A DNA stretch of 64,000 nucleotides from Lophium mytilinum. Taxonomy: Eukaryota. Position numbers and translations under genes: made by a program. Below, piece after piece: positions 1 through 10,460 of the stretch (the first letter of the stretch is position 1; every line of letters starts with the position of its first letter). Below the pieces are notes generated by a model. The model was not told the origin of the DNA and made no database searches. It saw nothing but the letters and a program-made list of their open reading frames with translations. The stretch spans positions 1,310,018 through 1,374,017 of the forward strand of contig MU004187.1 in the NCBI GenBank assembly GCA_010093605.1, given 5' to 3'.

Positions 1-1636
1 GATGATCAACAGTATTCTGGCCACCGACATGGGGCTCCATTTCAAGTACATGACTGATCTTGGACATGTACAAGAGAAGCTGGCTCATAATGCTGGGGGC
101 ATGGATGGATGGAGCCCTAAAATTCAGGAAGAGTACAAGGACTTGACTTGTGGGTTGCTTATCAAGTGTGCGGATATCAGCAATGTCGTGAGTACTTTCT
201 ATTCAAACTGGTGGTGCAGATGACTTACAGTATGCCAGGCAAGGAAGTTCAACGTTGCGGCTCGCTGGGCAAGTGTTCTTACGGATGAGTTCAGCAACCA
301 AGGCACTATGGAGCAGGAACTCGACATGCCGTCCTGCCTCTTTGGTGGACCACCTGTACTTAACAACCTCACCAAGATGGCCGAGTCCTAGATCGGCTTT
401 ATGAACATCTTCGCTCGGCCGCTGTTCGAAGCTGTCGCTGACATCCTACCAGCAATGCAATTCAGTGTTGATGAGATTCTCGCCAACAAAGCCATATGGG
501 AGGCCAAGATTGAAGAAGAGAAGGAGAGGTTGAGAAGAAAGCCTACTATAAATTTGGGGCTTATGGCGCCTGGGTATGTCACAGATCCGACACCGAGCCC
601 GTTTTCGGGAGGGCCAGTGAAATCCTATCTACACTCAGACTCGTTACCTGCGGCAAGAATCGACGCCACTCAAAGAATGGCCCTGTCTGATGACTCGAAT
701 AGACGCTCATCGAGCGGCTCACATACACAATATGCAACTCCCCCGTCTGGACCAGAAAGAGGCTCTCGGCGTTCTTCGGCCGCCGGAATTCCGAGCCCCC
801 TCCATTTGAGCTCTGCTGAAAATCAAAGCCATTCTAGGCGTGGGAGTGGCGATGCGAGTGTGACCGCGATACTAGTCACCCAGACGCCAACACCCCCTGG
901 AATTGAGAAACCAAAAGATGCTCCTTCTGGAACTCCTGCTCGCTCTGCGTCCCCAGCTAAGCGTGTCAACACCAAAACAAAGAAGTCGCCCCCAAAGTCA
1001 ACAAACAAGTCGAGCAACGATGGTGAGAAGGAAGGCGCGCGACCAGTCACAGCACCATCGTCGTCGCGTCGCAGCCAGGGTAAGAAAAAGAACCTGAGCT
1101 CATACCCGCCCTACACTTCATCAAGACCTCTAGCCATAGGCCCTGACTTTGATTCAGCAACGAACGTCTTCCCCATCAGTAAATCACCATCCCAGCGACA
1201 CTCGGAACTCGACTTAAGTCATGGGCATAATGGGAATCTGGACGGCTCTCGGGTGCGCGATTGGGATTCAAGCAAGCTCACTGACGACAGCTCGATCTCA
1301 CGACACGACGGGGAGGGCGACATGAGCTGGTGGCGACAAATGAGCACCCGGCGACGTCCTCGGGACGTAAAGCTGTCAAACGAGGAACCCCTGAGCCCGA
1401 ACAAGGAAATCTACCTCGCACCCTCCACGTCAAACACAAACTCTGGTTACTCAGCTTCTTCGACAAGTCCCACGCAAGATCGAAACAAAACCCCGAAATG
1501 GAGTCGAATATTCAGACGAAAAACCAAGACTCCAAGTGACAAGGGTAGGGAGTACGCTAGCGCTCCTGACAGCACCTTGACGCTAACTGTTCCGCCAACG
1601 AGCAATCCTAATGGTGGATCCAGCAACATACACTGA
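1..1636 (+). CDS. pdeH: Class I (high-affinity) cAMP phosphodiesterase, 3' part, 5'-truncated by the window; carries an in-frame TAG at 389-391
   Basis: Motifs ILATDMGLH, LLIKCADISNV, then intron 188-238 (GTGAGT..CAG), ARKFNVAARWASVLTDEFSNQG and MAES*IGFMNIFARPLF match the PDEase_I catalytic C-terminus. A long Ser/Pro-rich tail follows, with a probable in-frame 78-nt intron at 1080-1157. Confidence 0.9.
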
Positions 1637-3097
1637 AACTGCTGCAAGCGAATTGGATATCTCCCCCTTCGGTTACACCACCGTTATTTCCGGTGCTAAA
1701 ACGGAAAGTCTAGATCAATTGAGTAGGCCTGCGAGTCGAGACCTGGCGCTGTTACTGATATTCGCAATGCTCCTGGAGCGGCTGAGGATGTTTTCACGCT
1801 CGAATCACAGAGGAGAGGTGTCCTCCGCCGTGTTCGCAAAGATTAGACGAAATGCGACTATACAGCTCGGACGACCGTACTCGAAGTATTTGGCGCAGAA
1901 TTACGAGAATTTGTATTTTTGGTTTTCAAAAGGCGTATTATGGTTTTGGAGCGCTTCAAGTTTGGTCTGGATCAGCATCGCACCCGCCGGATGTTGCTTG
2001 CAAATCGCTCTCGTTTCTTCTTCAAGTCTCTGGCATATCCTTGTCAGGCATAGGGTTCTTCGTTTCTACGACCTCGTTGCATTTTCGAGCGTTTTCTCTT
2101 CTTTTGGAGACCTTAGGGTTGGCACGAATTTTCCTGGGAGCTTCCGGACTGGCTGCACATGAGGGAGCACGGTGACGCAGACCAGACGCATATGCACACG
2201 CAAACGGAAACGCATTTCCTACGGTGGCTTTTGGGTCTGTTTTCCTTGGTTGGTGGGCTGGCGTGCGTGCTGTTGCTCTTTGGACCAAAAGGGTGGCTCT
2301 TTTAGCATGGTGTATCCTTGGGAGTTTGTGCTTTTTTAGGGCTGTACTCTGTACGCGAGCTCCATGCCGTTGATATATAGCACTTGGCCAGTTTGTGTCG
2401 ATCACTCTAGGACGAAATGGGAGAAGAGGAGACTGTACAGCAGGAACTCATTAGAGGGAAGTGTGCATAGGAATTGGTAGATTCTGGAACCTGAAAGTCT
2501 TCGCTCCTCCTCCCTGACATAGGGACTCAATACGAGTGCACAATGTGCTATCCTGTGATCAGGCAGTGCGATGAGCATTCTACCATAGCTTCCCTAATCA
2601 CTAGACATTGATGATTACCAAGGCCTGCCATCTTGTCCAATGCTCATTGTAAGATACGGACGCAGCGTATTCCGAAAGAACCACATCTCACGAACACTGC
2701 CGTCCCTCGTCCTCCCCAACAAGAAAATCTTAGAAATCTCACAACTCGCATGCACACTCCTCGCCTATAAATCTAGCGCCCGACATGTCGGCATTTGAGT
2801 CAGCAATCTCGGCTCGGGAAAGCCCTCCGCCGACGACACTCCCCAACGACCTCTCTTTTGTCATCGCAGAGCTCCACTTTGAAAGCCCTCGAAAAGGTCA
2901 CCTGAAGCCACGCTGGGTCGTGAGCCCGGCCCGACGCCGCTCGTCGTGAACATGCTCCTCAGTCTCTCCATATGAAGGTCCACCGCGTCTTCACGCCCCT
3001 CCTGCAGCGTTTCAATCGCCGCGCCAAACCGTTAAGCCCTTCGCGCCGCTTCCCCACCACTACCACCACAATCCACGCCCATACCCATACCCTCACC

Positions 3098-3664
3098 ATG
3101 TCCGCCCCTTCCTCCCCCGCTGCGCAGCCCACAGACGATATCCCCGCGGCCGCCGCCGCCGCCCCTCCATTGCCCGCGCTCTCCGCCGCCGACTTCCGCA
3201 CCTACAACCGCATGGCCGTCAAAATGGACTACTACCACGACCACTTCCGCGCCACCTGGAACACGCTCCACGGCGCCTGCACCTCCAACAAACGACCCGC
3301 AGGGATGTCAATCCGGCAATTCATCGCCACCGGATTGGAGTTCTGCTCGATGCTCGAAATGCACCACGGGATCGAGGAGGCGCACATCTTCCCCGTGCTG
3401 GCGCGGAAGATGCCGCGTTTCCGTGACACTACGGAACTGCTGGGGCAGCACCGGGAGATCCATGAGGGGCTGGAGCGGCTGCAGGGGTATTTGGAGGGGT
3501 GTCAGCGGGGGGAGAGGGAGTTGCGGTTGGGCGAGATGAAGGGGGTGTTGGATGGGTTTGGGGGGGTGTTGTGGGCGCATTTGGAGGAGGAGGTGAGGGA
3601 GTTGGGGGCGGAGAATATGAGGAGGTTTTGGTCGAGGGAGGAGATGGGGGGGATGCCGTTTTAG
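3098..3664 (+). CDS. Hemerythrin/HHE cation-binding domain protein
   Basis: Metal-ligand pattern MDYYHDHFR, LEMHHGIEEAHIFP, QHREIH, HLEEEV. The ATG at 3098 (ACCATG) is preferred over the ORF-track start at 2972. Confidence 0.85.
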   Translation: MSAPSSPAAQPTDDIPAAAAAAPPLPALSAADFRTYNRMAVKMDYYHDHFRATWNTLHGACTSNKRPAGMSIRQFIATGLEFCSMLEMHHGIEEAHIFPVLARKMPRFRDTTELLGQHREIHEGLERLQGYLEGCQRGERELRLGEMKGVLDGFGGVLWAHLEEEVRELGAENMRRFWSREEMGGMPF

Positions 3665-3781
3665 GGGGGTTATGCTGGGTTTTGGGTATAGAGCACGGGG
3701 ATGTAGGTTTATACACTTTTTTGAATACTAGGTTCGAACTCTTTTCCGGGTTTTTGGGTGGTGTATTGAGCCACCTCGAAC

Positions 3782-4039
3782 GGCGGTAAGGTGGACTGGT
3801 CAGACGCTTTTGGACGGGGCCTCATTCATGCTGTCGAGAACTGTGCAATTCATCGAGATGCAGATGATGCGTCAGGGCACTTCAGACAGTGGCAATCAAC
3901 GTGCACAAACGGCGATACGATAGACTAGTCAGAAACTTTCGGATGCGCTCTAATTTATGATGTCTAGAACTGTACATCTCATCGAGTTTCAAATGATGCG
4001 CCAGGGCACTTCAGACAGTGGCTCCAAACGTGCACAAAC
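3782..4039. repeat. Tandem direct duplication, 2 x 129 bp, about 79% identical, ungapped
   Basis: 3782-3910 vs 3911-4039; shared core CAGGGCACTTCAGACAGTGGC...AACGTGCACAAAC; 27 mismatches counted by hand. Confidence 0.9.
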
Positions 4040-4363
4040 TTAGAGCCAGACACCCAATTCATGGTGGAGCAAGTAGGTTATATGATTTTCTCATTTTTTT
4101 AAGTTTTTAGTCTTAGTCGACAGCCAATGGGTATAATCCGCCGCCTTGATGCCCGTTTATCCAGTTCCTTTGTCGCTACGCAGAGATAAGAACAAAACCA
4201 AAATGCAACTCAATCAATGAATAAACAAACAGAAACAGAAACAGAAAGAGTTGCTATATGAGCCAGTCTACCACACTCCTCTTGAGTGTTGCACTCGCCC
4301 TAAAGAGAAATGCTCACCACGATCTCGACCTCGTAGAGAAAACTCTCCCTCCGCCTTCCGGCT

Positions 4364-7300
4364 TCAAAACTTCCACAAGAACGATCCGACGATGTAGCCA
4401 ACAACACCAACGATGACGACTCCAGTGGGGTTGTTACAGCAGACGTCGTAGAGCGTTGGTGTTGCCAAAGACGCAGTACCTTCATCCTTCGAAGACCCCG
4501 TCTTAGCTTCCTCGAGGTGTAACTTGAGGCGCCGCGTAGTCTTTTCCGCCATGTCGTTAGTCGAGGATTCATTTGATGCACGCGTTGGCTCGAACAAGGC
4601 CATACGAGTGTCCGACTGACGCGGAGGCTGGGTGTTTGCGTGGAATAATGTTGGAGACACACTGTGGAGACCATGGCATCGTGTGTGCCCATTCGCGAAC
4701 GATTCCATACCCTTCCTGCCATCAGCTGAGGGCTTCTGGTCGAGGGTGATGCGACTATCAACGCGAGTTCGGGGCCCTGGGGAAGCGGACAGCCTGCGCT
4801 GTGGATATCGCGTTGCCTGTGCCGATGCTTTTGCCGACGCCGCAATTCTAGCGATTGTCTCCTGGCCTCCGCAAATGCTCGATAGGTTCAACTCAGATTG
4901 AACTTGAATTCCGGGCTGTGAATACGATGTCGTGAGATAGCGTTTCATTCCTGCTAGCTGAATGAGTCTTATGGCAAGACCATCCATCTCAGGTACGATA
5001 GTGTCAACGTTTGCAGGCCTTGATATTAAGGTAGGGGCTCCCTCGAGCAACTTCGGAGAAGCCGATGGCGATACGCCTTCTGCAAGGATATCGAAAGCCT
5101 CTTTCAACTGTACGAACTTGGTCGTAAAATGCTCTGGTTGACTAGCATTCTTGTCAGGATGGAGATTGAGAGCGCACCTCAAGTACGCTCTCCGAGTGTC
5201 TCGGTGAGTAGCGTCAGGGGAGACACCGAGGATTTTGGAAGCCTCGACTTGCTTCAAAGATGGTGGCTGAACTTCAGCTTGCATCAAAACTTTGGACGTA
5301 GTAGGAGAGGGCTGCTCCTCTAGCTCATCCTCGACTCCCTTTTCAATTGCAGTCAAAGCAGACGGAGTGTCAAAAATCCACCCTTCCTCGTCGTCGTCGT
5401 CTAACTCTGACCATAGCTGCCCGGGGGAAAGAGAGGACAATGCAAACATATCCGGAGTTATGGAGCCTTGGCGTGAATATGGATGAGGAGACCCCGGCCT
5501 CAGGACTTCTTCGTGATCTGTCGCTAACTCGTTCGCGCACAGGAAGCTGATGGCCCTAAGTTTGGATTGGTGGTCTGTGATCTTTGGAGGCAGCTCGATG
5601 GCCCCGTCTGATGAGTCTTCTGTCGTAAGAACGTTGTGTAAGGACGAGCCAAACCGGACACTGAAATTCTTCCTCCCGAGCCGGTTCTCATGGTACTTGG
5701 ATTGCGTCCACTCATTGACACGATGATTGCTTGAGATACCGTCCTGGCGGCCCCAAAACCATGAAATAGTCGATTTCTGCTCTCTGACGTCGACGGGTTC
5801 GGTTTGGCCAACTTCTTCCTCATCGATAGCCATTACCACATCTTCGGAAATTTCCTCAGCAATGACCTCATCCTCGTTCCACCACTCCTCCTCATCCCAT
5901 CCATCCTCTCCCTCTTCCTCTTCTAGCTCATCATCTTCAGGACCTCCCTCATGTACGGATCCCTCGTCATCATCTTGTTCCGGCACGACTCGTAGTGGCC
6001 GATGAGCTGCCTTTAAGATATATGCGGGCAGTTCGTCCTCAAAGGACGGGCGAGCGATTGTCGCGTGCGGGGCGTTCCACGCTCTGTACGCCCCCAAAGT
6101 TGGTTCGATCTCTGGAAAGACCTCCCACTGGCAGGTTGTGTAACAAAACTTCAAGGTCCGCCCTCGTGCTTCCCATAGGTAGATGGCAGCGTCCATAAGT
6201 CCTTTGGAAGTATCTGGGTACGTAAACAAAGTCTTGGGGCGTTCACCCATGGCGTGGCGAATCAAGGTTCGCTCACGGCGCTTGTAGAGTGACTCTCGAA
6301 ATTCTGCCATCGACTTTTCGGTATCATGCGCCGCGGTGGGGTCGGTGTTGCAAGAGTGATCAGTTGGTGTTTTCAGAATATCCTCATTAGAGGTCTCGGA
6401 CACGCTCTGTTCGGCACCGACCTGATTTTCGTCTCTTATATCAGAATCCCACGCGCCGTACTCCTCAGAGACGTTTTGATCACTCTCAAAACCAATCTGT
6501 TCAGTATTGATAAGATTGTCACTAATAACACCTTTGCAACTGTTGGCGATAGTCTCCAAGTCGATTCCAACGGCTCCATCTTCTTTCAAAGGGGAACGGT
6601 GAATATAGGCGACCTCGTCGTCGGCAGTGGCACTATTGACCGCCGACATCTCCCCCAAGACGGCCTGGGTATCGAATGGAATAAGCAAATGTTCTGGTGA
6701 ATGAACGAAATCCGGCGTATCCTTAACTTGATTTGCACATGGAGATTCCAAGCTCAGGGGCTGCGTCGAATCAATGGGAGCAACGAGCAAGTCATTGATG
6801 AAAAACATCTCCTTTGAAGTGGTCTCTGGAGGGCAGGCTGAGTCCGGGCTACTCGAGTATACGATGTGCTTGGTGCGCTGCGTTGATACCGGCTGCAGCT
6901 GTGCACATGGCTGGTGAACCGTGGTACTGTCTTTCGGCAAACGCACCCTAGGTTCAGCATGAACATCCAAGTCATCGTCTCGGAGATGTTCCTTCGACAC
7001 GATCTCGAGATTTTCGACAATAAGGTGTTGTTGGTCCGTTGGTAGATACACGACTGGCATCATTGTTGATTTGGAAGTCATAACGTCCGTAGGTGAATAT
7101 AGCAAGTTGTTGATAGAAAAGTCACCTTTCGAGGTAACTTCCGGGGCTTTCGGAGAGCAAAGGACATGTGAATACCGATTGCGACGATTCTCCGATGCAT
7201 GTGTGCGTGCGTACGGCAAACGAACCGTCGGGGTGACCGTATGGAAGAGAGACGCAGCGTCATCGAGCTGTTCGAAGGCAAGGTGTTGTTGATCCGTCGG

Positions 7301-7927
7301 GGTGACCGTATGGAGGAGAGACGCGGCGTCATCGAGCTGTTCGAATGCAAGGCGTTGTTGATCCGTCGGCAGGTGCACGACTGGTCTCATCGTTGATTTG
7401 GAAGTCATGATGTCCGCAGCTGAGTATAGCACATTATTGATAGAAAAGTCTCCTTTTGAGGTAGCTGCCGGGGCCTTCGGAGAGCTTAGGGTACGTGAAT
7501 GCCAGTCGCGATGCTTCTTTACACGCGTACGCCTGGACGGCAAGCGAACTGTCGGGGTAGCCGTATCGAAGACAGAGGCGACGTCAAAGGGGGCTGCAGA
7601 AGTGCTTTCCGTAGCCTCATCGTAGCCGACTCCGTCCTCGTTATGGAAACCCGCCACGGAGTGATAGTCCGTATTGAGGCTTGGTTCATCAAATGTGTCG
7701 CAAGTAGACGATGCTGGAGAAGTCGGGGGAGTCGAAGCCTCGCTCAAAGATGAGGTCGGCGAAGTATAATTCGAAGACATCGAGAGGTGGCCTACAGTTG
7801 GCGTTGCAGACGGGTCGCGAGATGGCATCAGGGCGCTCAGGTATAGTCCAAATTCCGCCTCCGAGAGGGATGATGTGACACCGGTAGGTGCGCGGCGCTC
7901 GAAGCTGGGAAGCCTAATAGGAAGCAT
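4364..7927 (-). CDS. Large low-complexity protein with internal repeats, acidic block, J-domain (DnaJ) and a hydrophobic C-terminus
   Basis: 1187-codon uninterrupted ORF. J-domain-like ILGVSPDATHRDTRRAYLRCALNLHPDKN...FVQLKEAFDIL (about 5075-5245, HPD at 5153-5161). Ends GVVIVGVVGYIVGSFLWKF. Confidence 0.75.
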   Translation of the reverse strand: MLPIRLPSFERRAPTGVTSSLSEAEFGLYLSALMPSRDPSATPTVGHLSMSSNYTSPTSSLSEASTPPTSPASSTCDTFDEPSLNTDYHSVAGFHNEDGVGYDEATESTSAAPFDVASVFDTATPTVRLPSRRTRVKKHRDWHSRTLSSPKAPAATSKGDFSINNVLYSAADIMTSKSTMRPVVHLPTDQQRLAFEQLDDAASLLHTVTPTDQQHLAFEQLDDAASLFHTVTPTVRLPYARTHASENRRNRYSHVLCSPKAPEVTSKGDFSINNLLYSPTDVMTSKSTMMPVVYLPTDQQHLIVENLEIVSKEHLRDDDLDVHAEPRVRLPKDSTTVHQPCAQLQPVSTQRTKHIVYSSSPDSACPPETTSKEMFFINDLLVAPIDSTQPLSLESPCANQVKDTPDFVHSPEHLLIPFDTQAVLGEMSAVNSATADDEVAYIHRSPLKEDGAVGIDLETIANSCKGVISDNLINTEQIGFESDQNVSEEYGAWDSDIRDENQVGAEQSVSETSNEDILKTPTDHSCNTDPTAAHDTEKSMAEFRESLYKRRERTLIRHAMGERPKTLFTYPDTSKGLMDAAIYLWEARGRTLKFCYTTCQWEVFPEIEPTLGAYRAWNAPHATIARPSFEDELPAYILKAAHRPLRVVPEQDDDEGSVHEGGPEDDELEEEEGEDGWDEEEWWNEDEVIAEEISEDVVMAIDEEEVGQTEPVDVREQKSTISWFWGRQDGISSNHRVNEWTQSKYHENRLGRKNFSVRFGSSLHNVLTTEDSSDGAIELPPKITDHQSKLRAISFLCANELATDHEEVLRPGSPHPYSRQGSITPDMFALSSLSPGQLWSELDDDDEEGWIFDTPSALTAIEKGVEDELEEQPSPTTSKVLMQAEVQPPSLKQVEASKILGVSPDATHRDTRRAYLRCALNLHPDKNASQPEHFTTKFVQLKEAFDILAEGVSPSASPKLLEGAPTLISRPANVDTIVPEMDGLAIRLIQLAGMKRYLTTSYSQPGIQVQSELNLSSICGGQETIARIAASAKASAQATRYPQRRLSASPGPRTRVDSRITLDQKPSADGRKGMESFANGHTRCHGLHSVSPTLFHANTQPPRQSDTRMALFEPTRASNESSTNDMAEKTTRRLKLHLEEAKTGSSKDEGTASLATPTLYDVCCNNPTGVVIVGVVGYIVGSFLWKF
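7225..7369. repeat. 69-bp (23-aa) in-frame tandem repeat within the J-domain gene
   Basis: Units start at 7225 and 7294, with a partial third at 7363; encodes PTDQQxLAFEQLDDAASLxHTVT. Confidence 0.9.
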
Positions 7928-9402
7928 CTTGAGCTTTTCAGGTACACAGGCTGCTGGCGGTGTTGTAACGGTTGAGTAGGATGAGTGGTTGGAGTGAAGG
8001 TTTTGCGAGTTGGTGGTGGTGTGTGTTGTGTGAAAGGAAGGTTATGTGTCCGGAGGTGCTGACGCTAGGGATTTATACTGTGTATGAAATCACAGCTGCA
8101 GTTTACTGCCGATGACGTGGTCCCAATTTAAGTTCAATGTCATTCACCATTAGAGGTATCTCCTCGACCGTTTCGATGCACAGAGTCGATAAACCTCGAG
8201 CAACCCGCTCAGATTTTGGTGTCCTGATAGTAGAGACTGTATCGAATTCTCGAGAATCTAGGAAGATTCCCTCATCAAAATGTGGCAGAGTTCGCATAGT
8301 CTATACTGATGGGAAAAATACTTGCATTTCCAGTCCCTAATCGCCAGCAGGCGCCTTTCTCCGTGTACAATGCCGTCGAAAAGCGGGAACTAGCAGTGAA
8401 TCATGCCTTGGCCGATAAACAATAATCAATACTTTGTGGTTAACACTGTGTAGAGACCAGGCATCTACATGAGTGGTTGCTATACGAGGTGCGCTCGAGA
8501 CCTAGCCCCCACAGATGAAGACGCTTCAAGAACTAGGCACGGAGTCTTCGAGAGCTCCATGCAAGAGAAAAGAGGAAAATGCAAAGATGTGATGTCTCAA
8601 AGAGCACGAAAGGAAAGAGAGACCACTGAAGGTATTTCTATGTTATGAGTGGCGTTTCAAAAGGGAAGTGCATCATATCTTATTGCGCGTGTTGAGATAT
8701 CCTTCCCTGCTTGTCCCAGGTCCAACGAGCATAAGCATTCGAGCTAATCGTCGGTAGGGGCTCTAGCTTTTACTTTTACTTGCCACGATTCTTACATGTA
8801 GCAATAATTGCCCAGGTACTAGGCCCCTGAAGAGGATCCGATTTAATAATATCTTTCTGAAGAGCTATGAAGCCTGTGCTATAGGTCGGCTATCAGGAGG
8901 CGTACATACTCTAGTGCGCTACGATATCATGTTCTATTCGACACAACTACGTAAACCGACATATTAAGCAATACAGAGGGCTAGGACTACAGATATAAGA
9001 ATGTGTTGATACCTGTAGACAGACGGCGGCGATATCCCGAGGCCAGAAAGTGGAGGACAGCACTCGGACTTTCTCCTGATACGGGATCCGTTGCTGAAGT
9101 TACTGTACCGGGAAGAGGCCGAGTTTCGAAGATCCACATTGTGTTTGAATCCCATTGTATACCTACGTTAGTGTATTCCAACATTGATGTCGCAAAGAAA
9201 GGAAAGGAAGACGTGAGGTCTATGCCAAGCTTCGACTTACTCGAAAGTGGAAGCCGAGAATCGGCCCATGACTCGAGGCAAAGGATCAAAGCAAAGGCGC
9301 GCATCATGTCAGCCATCTCCACTACCTCCGCTCAGTTACAGCTTTATATCCTTAGCGCAGCAGTTGATGGCATAAAGGCCCGCTTCCTCGTTCCTTCAGC
9401 TT

Positions 9403-10460
9403 ATGAATTCTATTCTCGAGATCAAAAACTTCGCCCGCAACTCTTACCGTTTCGCGCGTACGGCCAGGGCTGTTTCACCCCGCACTCCACTCTCCGCCTT
9501 CAATCAAGGAGCTTTCAGACGCACAATGGCCTCCGCAGTGGCTAAGCGCCTTGAGGGCAAGACCATCCTTGTCACAGGCGCTTCGTCGGGCATTGGAAAG
9601 AGTACCGCCCTAGAATTTGCCCGGACTTCGCCCAAGAATCTTAAGCTGATCCTCACCGCAAGGAGGATCGACACGCTGAAAGAGCTTGCTGCAGAAATCG
9701 CAAAAGAGGTAGGAGATGGTGTCAAAGTTCTGCCTGTGAAACTAGACATCAGCAAACCTGAAGAGGTGCGCGGCTTTGTTGGACGATTGCCAGAGGAGTT
9801 CAAGGACATTGACGTTCTGGTGAACAACGCGTAAGACGAAGATTTCTAGCCACCCAGGCTTCTTTGGGGGAACCAGATGCTAATAAATACTCCGTTTCAG
9901 AGGTCTAGTTAAGGGCGTAGCCCAAGCACCAGCCATCGCCGAAGAAGACATCAATGTCATGTTCGCAACCAACGTCACCGGTCTTATAAACATGACACAA
10001 GAAGTCCTTACTGTTTTCAAAGCACGTGCAGACGGGGGCAAAGGGGACATTGTCAACATTGGAAGCATTGCTGGCCGTGAGCCGTATCAGGGTGGAAGTA
10101 TCTACTGCGCAACCAAGGCCGCTGTGCGGAGTTTCACTGACGCGCTGAGGCGAGAGCTCATCGCTACTCGGATCAGGATCATTGAAATTGACCCTGGGCA
10201 AGTTGAGACGGAGTTTAGTGTGGTCAGATTCAATGGAGACAAGTCCAAGGCAGACGCAGTCTATGCAGGATGCGAGCCACTGACACCGGAAGATATTGCA
10301 GAGGTCGTTGTGTTTGCCGTTGGGAGGAGAGAGAACGTGGTTATCGCTGATACTTTGATCTTTCCCAGTCATCAAGTAAGTGGTTTGTTTCCTCAATCTG
10401 GGATATCAACTAACAAATGGAAAGGCCGCAGCAACTGTGGTGCATAAAAGATCGACATAG
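9403..10460 (+). CDS. NADP-dependent 3-hydroxy acid dehydrogenase (SDR, YMR226C/YdfG type)
   Basis: TGASSGIG, NNAG across intron 9831-9900, YCATK catalytic motif. Intron 10376-10424 is followed by the last exon AAATVVHKRST*. In-frame ATGs at 9403 and 9526. Confidence 0.92.

Noticed and set aside
356..391. 36-nt GT..AG segment that would splice out the PDE stop in frame
   Set aside because: Shorter than any other intron here, and it would delete conserved residues including the invariant Gln position, so it cannot rescue function.
389..391. Genome-wide TAG-to-Gln code reassignment
   Set aside because: TAG is the normal terminator of GUA1, RIP1, the CLC gene and others in this window.
1611..2405. 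ORFs of 183, 107 and 127 aa downstream of the PDE
   Set aside because: No recognisable motifs and they overlap on both strands; consistent with a T-rich 3' UTR.
3731..3741. GGTTCGAACTC B-box/T-loop-like motif
   Set aside because: No cloverleaf or A-box upstream; not a tRNA.
8000..9400. Long spacer with short ORFs, including the start of the 180-aa ORF at 9003
   Set aside because: No transposase/RT motifs, terminal repeats or recognisable domain; cannot support a gene or transposon call.
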